Source of the DNA: Candidatus Omnitrophota bacterium | GTDB taxonomy: Bacteria > Omnitrophota > Gorgyraeia > JAHJTE01 | Length of the DNA: 64,000 bases | Direction of reading: 5' to 3' | NCBI GenBank assembly: GCA_018830005.1 | Contig: JAHJTE010000003.1 | Coordinates: 135,674-199,673 of the forward strand | Translations under genes and position numbers: made by a program | Notes under the pieces: generated by a model | What the model was told of the DNA's origin: nothing | What the model saw: only the letters and a program-made list of their open reading frames with translations | Database searches by the model: none | Shown: positions 9,664-18,836 of the stretch, piece after piece | Position numbering within the stretch: the first letter of the stretch is position 1 | Layout: each line of letters begins with the position of its first letter

Positions 9664-10848
9664 TTAGCCTGCAATCATTCCAAATATAATTCCGCTCAGA
9701 GTTGCCATAACGACAACAAGGCCAACATAGACAACAGTCTTCTTAGTTCCTATAACACCTCTAATAACAAGCATATTGGGAAGACTCAAAGCAGGCCCTG
9801 CAAGAAGCAATGCAAGTGCTGGCCCTTTTCCCATGCCAGAACCAATCAAGCCCTGAAGTATGGGAACTTCTGTAAGTGTTGCAAAATACATGAACGCCCC
9901 GACAATTGACGCAAAAAAGTTAGCGAAAAGCGAATTGCCGCCAACAAGCCTCTCAATGAACACTGAAGGGATCAAACCCTCTTGCCCCGGTCTTCCCAAA
10001 AGAAGACCAGCAACCAAAACGCCTGCAAGAAGAAGAGGCATAATCTGCTTTGCAAAACCCCACGAACTCTGCGTCCATTCTTTAAGCTTGTTTTTCTTAA
10101 ACCACCGAAATAACATGATGCCAAGAAGGGATAGAAAAATAAGCGTAATCACCCATTTTGAACCAAAAATAGTAGCCCACAAGCCTGTATCGCCTTCCTG
10201 TGGTTTTCCCCAATTAGCAAAAACAAGAACTGCGACCATAGAGAAAAAATACATTCCGTTCTTCCAAAGAGGTCGCGTTTTCTCTTCTTCGCCGAATTGA
10301 AACTTTCCGTTAACCTGTCTTTCTCGCTCCTCTTTGAGAAATATGAGGTGCATCAGAAGACCGACGACTACACTAAAAACGATTACCCCGACAGCTCTCG
10401 CCACACCAAGCTGCCAACCAAGAATCCTCGCAGTCATTATTATAGCCAAAACATTAATTGCTGGCCCCGAATACAGAAACGCAACAGCAGGCCCAAGCCC
10501 GGCACCCTTCTTGTAGATACCCGAAAACAGAGGAAGAACCGTGCAGGAACAAACAGCAAGAATAGTTCCCGAAACAGAAGCCACGCCGTAAGCAACAATC
10601 TTCTTTGCCTCAGCACCGAAATACTTAATGACAGAAGCCTGACTCACAAAAACAGAAATCGCCCCAGCAATAAAAAAGGCCGGAACAAGACACAACAAAA
10701 CATGCTCCCTTGCATACCACCGCACAAGAGCTAATGACTCAAACAAAGGATTTCTGAAAGGCAGAAGTTCGACAGGCAAATAAAAGCACGCCAAAAACGC
10801 CGCCGTCATCAACAAAAACTTGTCTCTTTCCTTCATTCTTATCTCCAC
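9664..10848 (-). CDS. DUF318/ArsP-type permease (putative organoarsenical efflux)
   Basis: Two 4-5-TM halves. CSC motif in TM (AVCSCTVLPLFSG) as in ArsP. Lies directly downstream of arsR. Confidence 0.6.
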   Translation of the reverse strand: MEIRMKERDKFLLMTAAFLACFYLPVELLPFRNPLFESLALVRWYAREHVLLCLVPAFFIAGAISVFVSQASVIKYFGAEAKKIVAYGVASVSGTILAVCSCTVLPLFSGIYKKGAGLGPAVAFLYSGPAINVLAIIMTARILGWQLGVARAVGVIVFSVVVGLLMHLIFLKEERERQVNGKFQFGEEEKTRPLWKNGMYFFSMVAVLVFANWGKPQEGDTGLWATIFGSKWVITLIFLSLLGIMLFRWFKKNKLKEWTQSSWGFAKQIMPLLLAGVLVAGLLLGRPGQEGLIPSVFIERLVGGNSLFANFFASIVGAFMYFATLTEVPILQGLIGSGMGKGPALALLLAGPALSLPNMLVIRGVIGTKKTVVYVGLVVVMATLSGIIFGMIAG

Positions 10849-10885
10849 ATTTCCATCTGGTTATGTAATTTCGGCAAAAAAATAT

Positions 10886-11227
10886 TCATTTCCTGCAACA
10901 GAGCTTTTTCCTGTTAGCTTTCTCTGCCCTCTTTAAATCATCAATCATTGCCTTGTCATCATTCAGCCACTGACTAAGCATAGCAAGCAGCTTCTTTGCA
11001 TAAAGATTCTTCGGGCTAACAAAATAGTTAGTCCAAAAACCGTCCTGTTCAGAAGCAACAAGGCCAGCACCCACCAACTTTTTAAGCTGTTTGGACACCG
11101 CAGGCTGAGAAACCCCAAGAACAAACGCAAGCTCACAAACACACATCTTACGCTTCTCAAGAAGCTTCAGAATCCTCACCCTGTTAACATCAGCCAACGC
11201 CTTAAAGATAGTATCCAAATCTTTCAT
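10886..11227 (-). CDS. arsR: ArsR/SmtB-family metalloregulator
   Basis: wHTH (VNRVRILKLL...CVCELAFVLGVSQPAVSKQLKKL) carrying the CVC metalloid-binding motif. Start taken at MKDLDTIF. Confidence 0.75.
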   Translation of the reverse strand: MKDLDTIFKALADVNRVRILKLLEKRKMCVCELAFVLGVSQPAVSKQLKKLVGAGLVASEQDGFWTNYFVSPKNLYAKKLLAMLSQWLNDDKAMIDDLKRAEKANRKKLCCRK

Positions 11228-11297
11228 AAATATACACCCTTTCACAACCAAATAACTAAACGGTTATATAAATCTTACTGTTTCCAACCCAAGAAGT

Positions 11298-11460
11298 CAA
11301 GAACAAAAAAGTTCGGATATTTGAATAAGGGGGGTCGATTCAGACAAAATCCGAACTCTGTATTTCTACTGCGAAAAACGCATTTTCCATATAAAAAAGC
11401 CCCAGCTACGATAAGTAACTGAGGCTATATCCGAAAAAAGTTCGGATTTTCAAATTGGCT
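11298..11460. promoter_or_regulatory. candidate operator: aaaagttcggat direct and inverted copies upstream of arsR
   Basis: agttcggat at about 11300 and 11437, and atccgaact at about 11354. They lie in the arsR upstream region. The same motif occurs at 6896. Confidence 0.3.
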
Positions 11461-11554
11461 CCCCGAAACGTTCTCTCATCAAACCACATTCACCTATGAG
11501 TTTCGATTTACGATACGGAGAACTGCTCACGGACAGAAGCGGCTTTCTTCAAAA

Positions 11555-11583
11555 CCCTCCCCTATTGGACGAGTTTCGCAACT
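11555..11583. repeat. conserved intergenic motif copy R5
   Basis: ccctcccctattggacgagtttcgcaact. Confidence 0.55.
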
Positions 11584-11654
11584 GGCTGGACTCAGAAAGA
11601 GACAACATCCATAATCTGAGTCTCAAGTAATTGTTAATATAAACTTAACTAAGC

Positions 11655-12449
11655 TCAATGTAGCACTTTGAAAGACTGGACTATCTTCGCCATTGTCTCA
11701 AGCAATTCCTCATCTGGAGGGTCGCGTGTAATCCGGATAAATTGCACAGAGCTAAAATGGCCTTTTAGGAAGCGGATTGCCCCATATATCTGCCGAAGAC
11801 TGCTGACCAGTCCAGACTCAAACACGGCTTCTTTATGAAAAATAATCATATCACCCAATACGTTACAAATAATTACCTTAGGGTTTAGGTTTCCGTTAGA
11901 GTCCAATCCAGTTATTACTTGTTTCTGTTCAGGGGTAACATTATTTAAAACAGAGTCATCGATTGAGATATGTTCCGATTTCGATAATTCGCTACAAAAA
12001 TTTGAAATTGTAAGATTTTCTACTTGGCTACGCAATCTCTCTTGAATAGCAACAGGAAACATATCTATAAATAAACCAACTGCTATAGGGTCATATAATC
12101 CCCCCAAAGCCTGCGCTCCCACCCACGTTCTGCCGGACCTAACCACAAGAGTGCCCCATAATACACTTTTACCCTTGTGCAATCCATATGAAAATTGCGG
12201 AAAGAAAATCGCTTCTCCTGAATCGCCGCCAGGCATATCTACATTATCAACATTTTTCGGAATACCAAAACTTACAGGATATGAAAATTCAAAACGATTC
12301 TGAGTATCGCGATAAATACTCCATTTTTCATTTGATGCTGTCTTCGAAAAAGGCGATTCCGCGAATGCCACCGCTAAAAAATGCACCAATCCAATAAAAA
12401 CAATAAGGACAAACGCAATAACAATATCAATAAATATTCTCCTCTTCAT
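11655..12449 (-). CDS. hypothetical membrane-anchored protein
   Basis: N-terminal TM helix. No recognisable motifs. Confidence 0.35.
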   Translation of the reverse strand: MKRRIFIDIVIAFVLIVFIGLVHFLAVAFAESPFSKTASNEKWSIYRDTQNRFEFSYPVSFGIPKNVDNVDMPGGDSGEAIFFPQFSYGLHKGKSVLWGTLVVRSGRTWVGAQALGGLYDPIAVGLFIDMFPVAIQERLRSQVENLTISNFCSELSKSEHISIDDSVLNNVTPEQKQVITGLDSNGNLNPKVIICNVLGDMIIFHKEAVFESGLVSSLRQIYGAIRFLKGHFSSVQFIRITRDPPDEELLETMAKIVQSFKVLH

Positions 12450-12477
12450 CTTTTCTCCTTTTGATATTCAGCTAAAA

Positions 12478-12517
12478 CAAAAACCCACTGCAATATATTA
12501 TATCACAGTGGGTTAGG
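12478..12517. repeat. 40-bp element, copy B (aacccactg...cagtgggtt hairpin)
   Basis: 35/40 identity to 361-400. Contains a 9-bp perfect inverted repeat. Confidence 0.6.
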
Positions 12518-12564
12518 ATGGCAACTCCACGCTTAGAGTCAGTTAAAACGGAGCCCCATTAAAA

Positions 12565-12984
12565 GTGGGGCTCCGTTTGAAGTGGCTCCCCGAGCGAGAC
12601 TCGAAGCGAACAATAAGGCGTGTCGTAACTGATGAATTGCCATACCATTACAGATGGCACAATAAAACAAAAACTCTATTTCGGGGCAAAAAGCCGGATT
12701 TTATTCCAAGAGGCAAGATTGTTTCAAAGAAAGAACTGCGGCATTACAAGTATTTGCAGGAGTATAAAAACCCGATTAAGAAGGCGATGGGATTTCAGCG
12801 GATCATGCAGGAAGAAAACCTGAACCAAGGACAACTGGCAAAAAAAATGGGAATATCACGAGTAAGAATAACTCAAGTATTAAACCTGCTCAAGCTACCA
12901 CAAGAACAACAGACTTACGTTTTGGAATATGGTAAAAAAGAACAAATAACCGAAAGAATGTTAAGAGAATCTCCGAACCATTAA
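12565..12984 (+). CDS. ParB-like HTH protein (truncated relative to full ParB)
   Basis: ENLNQGQLAKKMGISRVRITQVLNLLKLPQEQQ resembles the ParB/KorB HTH. The N-terminal ParB nuclease-like domain is absent. Confidence 0.4.
   Translation: MGLRLKWLPERDSKRTIRRVVTDELPYHYRWHNKTKTLFRGKKPDFIPRGKIVSKKELRHYKYLQEYKNPIKKAMGFQRIMQEENLNQGQLAKKMGISRVRITQVLNLLKLPQEQQTYVLEYGKKEQITERMLRESPNH
12583..12608. repeat. degenerate att-like copy of tRNA 3' end (tggctccccgagcgagactcgaagcg)
   Basis: About 75% identical to the tRNA-Asn 3' segment tggctcccccgcgaggactcgaacc, in the same orientation. Confidence 0.45.
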
Positions 12985-15428
12985 TTATTCGTTGGCTTCA
13001 TATTCATCGCCAATAGTACAGATTTTAAATAATTATTTCTTCCGTAACATAACAATAGTCTATTTACTGTATTAACGCTAAATCCCTGATCAGGAATATT
13101 AAATCTGATTTTCCCCAAAAATCTATAACTCTGTTGAGCACTATCAATATTTTGTTTATCCATCCATTGCCAATCTTTTTGAGCTTGATTATATGAAGAA
13201 TCCAACTCCGACAATAATGTGGATATAATCTGATTTGCTTTTGTTTGATCCGTTTCATTCCCCACAGAAAGAAATATTTTATGTAAAACTTGCCTTAAAT
13301 CCCTCAATTTTCCAGCTTTTCTCATTTCTAAACAAATAAAAGAATTAGCCTCAAATGTAAATTCATAAGCACTCATCTTTTTCGATAAATTTTCCCACAA
13401 GCATTGCCCCTTATTAGAAACTTTCAATATTTCTTCCCATCGGAACTGATTATCAGTATATAAAATTGCCCCTGTTAATTGAGCAAGAAAGAAACCCAAC
13501 TCAAAATTTGGCGTTAAATGAGATATAAGTATCTGCCCTGCTCCCTTTTTCCCAACAGACGGCTGCAATAAGGCAAGAGGATCTGCCTTGCGCTGCTGTT
13601 TCATATATTCTAATACTTTTTCTGTATCGTCTTCAGACAAATCAGGCAAAGCTTTTGTAATATTATGCCTCAAGCTTTCCTCCGGCAACCCACTCATCAT
13701 CCTTTTTATATCATCCATACAAAGATCCTTCATTGGTGCCATTTGATCATCGCTCAACTTAAGTCCTTTAAGGCGAGATTGAGCCATTTCCCATATTTGC
13801 TTTTGAAGTTGAAGATTCAAAGAACAAGGATCAGGAATCAAATTAATGATTCCTTTTTCAATAAAAGGCATTAACTGCATAAATAACAATGCGTTTTTAA
13901 GTGTCTCTTGTTTATATTGAGCAGGTGATTCAACAGGATTATATTCTGGTTTTATGTATGTGGGATTCATAAATGGGTTCATAACCAATATTTCATCAAA
14001 ATAAAGCGAATAACTAATAACATTTTGAAGAATTGTTCTCGGGTCAATCAGGCCAGCATAAAGAACCCTTGATACTCTTTTATCAGGCATTGGTAATAAC
14101 TCAATTATATTTGTCCCTTTAGGCCATAAACATTCAAATGCCTTATGAATATCTGCAACCTGCTTATCACTTAATTCGGCACGAATATCTTCCCATGTTT
14201 TTCCCCGTGATAATCCCAAAATATTCATCAACATGTTAAAAAACATTAAATTCCGTTCTCTAATACTCCGCACATTAGTTATTGGCATCTCACCTGATTT
14301 CTTATCCCTACAGCATTTTTTGTATTTTTTCCCACTACCACAAATGCATTCATCATTAGCCCCGACTTTCTCCTTTCTTTCTGGCTTTTTTAGATATGAC
14401 AAATCACCTACAGTGCGACCATATGCATCTTGATAATGAGTTCTACCATCTTCATAACCAACATATATTTCCCCTCCAAAATGATGCAACTCATTCTTAG
14501 GTGGCATTAACACTCGCCCCAACTCCGACCACTCACATCTAATTTCTTTCTCAGGAAATAACCATTCTTTTTGGGCTGCGGCTACATATCTTCGTGCACG
14601 ACACTTTAAAATCAAATTTATTTTATTTACATCATTAGCCTCTATTTTACGCGAGCGTATCATTGCATCAATACGCGAAATCGTCGAATCAAAATGTCTC
14701 GCATTCGTCCTGTTCGAAAGTAAGTCTTGGCTATCCGAATCTTTTGCATATTCTAAATTTGTTAAAATAAGACAATGATTTAAGTCTAGAGGAAATATAG
14801 TCTGAGAACCCTTAAAAGAAATTAAAGGATCATCGGGGTACTTACAATGAGTAGAATCAGGCGGGCAAGCAGCATTATATATTGTCACAGGGTGATCAGT
14901 AATAATAAATTTTACATCTGAGTCTTCAGCAGACACAATTTCACGGGTTGCTTCAACCCACATCGTACAGTGCATTTGTCTTATATGCTGCATTTCAAGC
15001 AACAATTGAATCTTATTTATACCAGGATACTTTGTTTGAAGCCAATTCAATCCCTTTGGTGTTCGAATCTTTTGGGCATCTAAATATCCAAAGAACTCCT
15101 GGAAGGTTTTATGCATCGAAAGAAAATCGTTACTAATAAATGCCCGAATCGCAGCAAAACCAAATGTATCAATTTCACCAAAAAGATACTTTTCAATCTC
15201 ATCATTAATTAAACCAAAAAAGAATGTCGTGTATAAATCCTTTTCACAAAAACACTGTGACGGCGACCACCAGTGATAACTGTTAAAGACAACTTCTTTG
15301 CCATTAGGAAGAATCTTTTTATCTGGATGTAAATTTAGATAACAAAGCTTACTCCCCTTTGATAATAAAAATCTCTTTTGATACCATTCTGGTACATAAT
15401 GATTTTTTCTAGTTACAGATTTTTGCAT
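12981..15428 (-). CDS. DUF4238-like N-terminal domain + SEC-C metal-binding motif protein (815 aa)
   Basis: N-terminal NHYVPEWYQKRF matches the HYVPQFYLRNF signature I associate with DUF4238. CICGSGKKYKKCC is a canonical SEC-C motif. Confidence 0.5.
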   Translation of the reverse strand: MQKSVTRKNHYVPEWYQKRFLLSKGSKLCYLNLHPDKKILPNGKEVVFNSYHWWSPSQCFCEKDLYTTFFFGLINDEIEKYLFGEIDTFGFAAIRAFISNDFLSMHKTFQEFFGYLDAQKIRTPKGLNWLQTKYPGINKIQLLLEMQHIRQMHCTMWVEATREIVSAEDSDVKFIITDHPVTIYNAACPPDSTHCKYPDDPLISFKGSQTIFPLDLNHCLILTNLEYAKDSDSQDLLSNRTNARHFDSTISRIDAMIRSRKIEANDVNKINLILKCRARRYVAAAQKEWLFPEKEIRCEWSELGRVLMPPKNELHHFGGEIYVGYEDGRTHYQDAYGRTVGDLSYLKKPERKEKVGANDECICGSGKKYKKCCRDKKSGEMPITNVRSIRERNLMFFNMLMNILGLSRGKTWEDIRAELSDKQVADIHKAFECLWPKGTNIIELLPMPDKRVSRVLYAGLIDPRTILQNVISYSLYFDEILVMNPFMNPTYIKPEYNPVESPAQYKQETLKNALLFMQLMPFIEKGIINLIPDPCSLNLQLQKQIWEMAQSRLKGLKLSDDQMAPMKDLCMDDIKRMMSGLPEESLRHNITKALPDLSEDDTEKVLEYMKQQRKADPLALLQPSVGKKGAGQILISHLTPNFELGFFLAQLTGAILYTDNQFRWEEILKVSNKGQCLWENLSKKMSAYEFTFEANSFICLEMRKAGKLRDLRQVLHKIFLSVGNETDQTKANQIISTLLSELDSSYNQAQKDWQWMDKQNIDSAQQSYRFLGKIRFNIPDQGFSVNTVNRLLLCYGRNNYLKSVLLAMNMKPTNN

Positions 15429-15609
15429 TACTTTCTAATATCTCCTGACAATGCCGCATCCAAATTCTTGCACAGATATCAATAATTTCTTCCCTTCTCT
15501 CTTCTTGTGATAAATGAGAACTAGGATTCATTGGATTAGGGTTATCTGGATCAGCAGGTATAAATGTAAGCTTTATGTTGTCCCAATCAATTTTATTTCT
15601 TCCCGCCAC
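15409..15609 (-). CDS. small hypothetical protein (operon partner, overlaps DUF4238 gene start)
   Basis: 66 aa. 20-nt overlap with the downstream gene. Confidence 0.3.
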   Translation of the reverse strand: MAGRNKIDWDNIKLTFIPADPDNPNPMNPSSHLSQEERREEIIDICARIWMRHCQEILESNAKICN

Positions 15610-15790
15610 CTTTCACCTCCCTTGTTTTTTCCTTTTTTAATATTGGCTCCAAAAGTTCGTCAGCATAAGGAAGTAACAAGTCGACCTCTTTGGGAAGAAC
15701 GATGTCAGAAATATCACCTAAATTATCCGTTATAATCAATTCCTTCTTTTTCTTCAGCACAAGAAACCTCCTCAAACCCTTTTTCTTCAT
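15593..15790 (-). CDS. small hypothetical protein
   Basis: 65 aa. Overlaps the next gene. Confidence 0.25.
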   Translation of the reverse strand: MKKKGLRRFLVLKKKKELIITDNLGDISDIVLPKEVDLLLPYADELLEPILKKEKTREVKGGGKK

Positions 15791-15901
15791 TTATTTCCTT
15801 ATTATTGTAAAGATACACCGCTTTAGCTAACAAAGCACCAATCCGGTCAATACGTTCACTCATTGATAAATGCTCATACATAATTCTACTCCTGGATATA
15901 A

Positions 15902-16360
15902 TTACTTTTGAACCTTGTCAATTATCTTGTGCCACGCTTCAAGACAATCATTAACTTGAGATGATTTAATATTTAGTCCTTTCCAGCCATCCGGATATCT
16001 AATGCAAAGTTCCTCATCAATCTTAATTTCTTTATATCGCTTTTTTTCCTCAGAGACAAGTTTCTTCCAATCCTCAACGCCAATCACATAAAAATCTGGT
16101 CGATCTTTAAATTTTTTCTTCTCAAAATCAATAAGTACCAAGAGATCGTTCTCCCTAAAGACGCCACTCACTCCTGGCCATTCGCGACCTTGTTTCGCCT
16201 TAACCTGAATTCTTAACATTTTATAATCCGTTTCAACAAGAATATCTGTCCGCTTATGATGTCCCATAGTCAACTGTGCATAAATCCCTCGTTTACATAA
16301 TTCACTCGCGACAGAATATTCACCACTCAAGCCAAGAAACTCTTTGGATAATTTCTTCAT
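15902..16360 (-). CDS. hypothetical protein, possible PD-(D/E)xK-fold nuclease
   Basis: D-x(n)-E-x-K-like pattern (DILVET...IQVKAK). Weak call. Confidence 0.3.
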   Translation of the reverse strand: MKKLSKEFLGLSGEYSVASELCKRGIYAQLTMGHHKRTDILVETDYKMLRIQVKAKQGREWPGVSGVFRENDLLVLIDFEKKKFKDRPDFYVIGVEDWKKLVSEEKKRYKEIKIDEELCIRYPDGWKGLNIKSSQVNDCLEAWHKIIDKVQK

Positions 16361-16390
16361 ATCAATTCTTCTCCTTAAACATTCCCCATA

Positions 16391-17548
16391 CTATCTCTTC
16401 GTTGAATATTTCTTGTTTTTCCTCAACCAACCCATAGCTCTATACACATCTTTAATCCCAAGGAACCATTCTGCTAATAATTGTGTAGCTGACTCATCTT
16501 TCTCATCAGGAAAAGATTCATCCCATTTCTTTGCACAATCTCTAGCATTATCTCCAATACACCCCATATTGAATAATTCTCTTTTCACACATTCTAAGAA
16601 TACTAAATCAGCAACAATATGATAGTTAATCCATTTCTTGTCAGACACGTGATAACGTTGCAGCTTTGGCTCTATATGCTCGCCATGTACAATGCTATTT
16701 CGTAAATTATAGAAATCCCAAGCCCACCAGTAAAGTTTACTGCACCTGTGTTTCTTCCCCTTATTATCTGTTCTTGTTAGTTTAATAAATTCAGAACATT
16801 TTACCTGCTCATCAAGTTTCTCGGCTATCCAGCCTTTCTTATTAGGCACATTAGGAACCTGTAATAGAATTTCAAATGCCGTTGCCATCATAACAATTTT
16901 AGACAAAAAAGACACATCTTCATTTTGCACATGAGATAATCGAAACCATTCGAGACTTCTAAAAATTCGCTCTCTCACTTCAACCGAGACATTATTTTCA
17001 AACATTTTATTAAAACCGCTCATAAGTTCTTCGTTGGGCGATTTAAAGAATCCGCCAGTACTCCACGGTTTAGGAAAAGTAACTTCTCCCATTTCCCAAC
17101 CACCACTAAGCAAATTTCCTGCACGAACAGCAATATGATTATTGCCAGGAATAAAATTTTGAGTTATTAATTGAAATACTTCCGAACTTGATGGTCCCAT
17201 ACTTCGATTATTAGCGCATACAGCATTCTTTACTGTTGGAGCAATGGCACAAAAAGTAAGCATATTTACCGCATCCCTTAAATCGGAGTATTCTTTCTTG
17301 CTTAAACATCTGAAATTATTCTTCTTATAGGAACAGACTACAATCGTATCTACAGCTTTACCTTGATGATCTACATAAGAACTAAAATACCTTGTTAGAT
17401 GTTTCAACAAAGATTGGTTCTTAATCTTCGTATCAGCGTTTGTAAAAGACCAGAATAAGACAGGGCCAATTTGCAACTCATCCTTAAAATCCGCCCATGG
17501 CATAAATGATACTTGATGATATTTTTGTTTCTTTATTTTTGTACCCAT
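16391..17548 (-). CDS. hypothetical protein with HEPN-type Rx4HG motif (Abi-like?)
   Basis: YNLRNSIVHGEHI resembles the RNxxAHxE motif of Abi_2/HEPN proteins. Confidence 0.3.
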   Translation of the reverse strand: MGTKIKKQKYHQVSFMPWADFKDELQIGPVLFWSFTNADTKIKNQSLLKHLTRYFSSYVDHQGKAVDTIVVCSYKKNNFRCLSKKEYSDLRDAVNMLTFCAIAPTVKNAVCANNRSMGPSSSEVFQLITQNFIPGNNHIAVRAGNLLSGGWEMGEVTFPKPWSTGGFFKSPNEELMSGFNKMFENNVSVEVRERIFRSLEWFRLSHVQNEDVSFLSKIVMMATAFEILLQVPNVPNKKGWIAEKLDEQVKCSEFIKLTRTDNKGKKHRCSKLYWWAWDFYNLRNSIVHGEHIEPKLQRYHVSDKKWINYHIVADLVFLECVKRELFNMGCIGDNARDCAKKWDESFPDEKDESATQLLAEWFLGIKDVYRAMGWLRKNKKYSTKR

Positions 17549-17711
17549 TTTTTCAACACTTATTTATTATTCCGATCCAATCTGTTGGTTGGCTATTGCT
17601 TCAGCAACACTAAGCATCAAATTGTACAGAGAATCCGACATCATAAAATATGTTCCTCCAGAAGGTTATTATACCAAAACGAGGGGGTAAAAACACCAAA
17701 GAAGTCCTGAG

Positions 17712-17984
17712 TCAAACGTCATCATCAAGCTCACAGATAATTGCCTCAACTTTCTCCTCGGAAATTTCTATTTGGTAGTCGGGATGTTCTTCAGTTTTTT
17801 GCTGTTCTTCTTCCATGCGCTGCTTCTCATCAGTAAAATCTCTGTATTCCTCGTAATCCCTCACTCTCCGCACGCTTTTAATAGCCGCTGGGCTATTCAT
17901 CCTTCGCCTTACGGCATTCAAAGCACTGTTGATGTCTTTTGTACTCATTCTTCTCAGGTTTGGTATTTGACTCATGCATATCAC
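17712..17984 (-). CDS. small acidic hypothetical protein
   Basis: ORF only. Confidence 0.25.
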   Translation of the reverse strand: MICMSQIPNLRRMSTKDINSALNAVRRRMNSPAAIKSVRRVRDYEEYRDFTDEKQRMEEEQQKTEEHPDYQIEISEEKVEAIICELDDDV

Positions 17985-18032
17985 CTCAATTGTTTTTTTT
18001 CTCGTACGAAAGAAAGAGAAAAAAACAATCCC

Positions 18033-18383
18033 TCAGGAAGCCTTTAACCCCGGCTTAAAGTCATACATCCGCGTCTGGCTAATCTCACACTGCATTCTTT
18101 CCTCATCACAATAAAGCGACTTAGGCACTATGGTGAATTTGAACGCTTCCCTTACTCTGGGCAAGTTATCGTACACCGTAGACACCGGAATTCCTGTGCG
18201 CTTTGATATCTCTGTGAGAGTCATGCGGCTGTCTTCAAGAAGAAGAGGCACGATCTTCTTCATCATATGCATGCGCTCGCTAATAAACACCAGAGAGTGC
18301 GTGAATTGCCGTTCCTTCCTCACAAACTCAATCTCGCCCCTCAGGTACCCAACAGACCTTGCAATTCTTTCTTTGCGATTCAT
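18033..18383 (-). CDS. HTH transcriptional regulator (Lrp/AsnC-like HTH)
   Basis: LLEDSRMTLTEISKRTGIPVSTVYDNL. Confidence 0.4.
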   Translation of the reverse strand: MNRKERIARSVGYLRGEIEFVRKERQFTHSLVFISERMHMMKKIVPLLLEDSRMTLTEISKRTGIPVSTVYDNLPRVREAFKFTIVPKSLYCDEERMQCEISQTRMYDFKPGLKAS

Positions 18384-18715
18384 ACTCTCACCTTTTTCAT
18401 AGCCATCATAATTTTCTCGACGCCTTTTGCCTTTGTGGGCTCAAAATACAAATCCCTATCTACTTCAATACCGTTTGCGCTAAGCTTGCAAAGCTCCCTG
18501 AAGCTTATGTAGCCCCACTCAGCCATCTGGTAATCGTTGTTCAGAATAGCAAAGCCGAAAAGCAGCTCCTTTTCAGCATCGTACTCCGCGACATACCAGT
18601 CGCAGCCGCCCATGAAGAAATGCATGTGAATAACCTTTTCTTCCGCAGCTACGTCTTCTGTCTCATAGAATTTCGGTATTTTCTCAAGTTCCTTATCTGA
18701 TGGTTCATTCCACAT
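18380..18715 (-). CDS. DUF2958-like protein, paralog 1
   Basis: MWNEP...IHMHFFMGGCDWYVAEYD...FGFAILNND.QMAEWGY. Paralogous to 22802-23146. Confidence 0.45.
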   Translation of the reverse strand: MWNEPSDKELEKIPKFYETEDVAAEEKVIHMHFFMGGCDWYVAEYDAEKELLFGFAILNNDYQMAEWGYISFRELCKLSANGIEVDRDLYFEPTKAKGVEKIMMAMKKVRV

Positions 18716-18784
18716 CTGGCACCGCCTCCGGGATAATTTGTTTCCCGAAGGAAAAGAAACAAATTAGCACCAAACCCAACAGAT

Positions 18785-18800
18785 TCTTTTCAGTGCAAAA
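18785..18800 (+). promoter_or_regulatory. TTTTCAGTGYAAA motif copy 1 (~37 nt upstream of ATG 18837, no SD)
   Basis: cttttcagtgcaaaac. Confidence 0.4.
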
Positions 18801-18836
18801 CTTAAAAGCAACCTTGTCCCCACTAATCAATAGAAA

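Noticed and set aside
3017-11583. The tggctcccc...caact repeats as fragments of a tRNA gene (ending GGGGGAGCCA on the minus strand)
   Set aside because: No T-arm (GTTCGAnTC flanked by complementary 5-mers) or anticodon arm can be formed. Only the last about 10 nt resemble the tRNA-Asn acceptor end.
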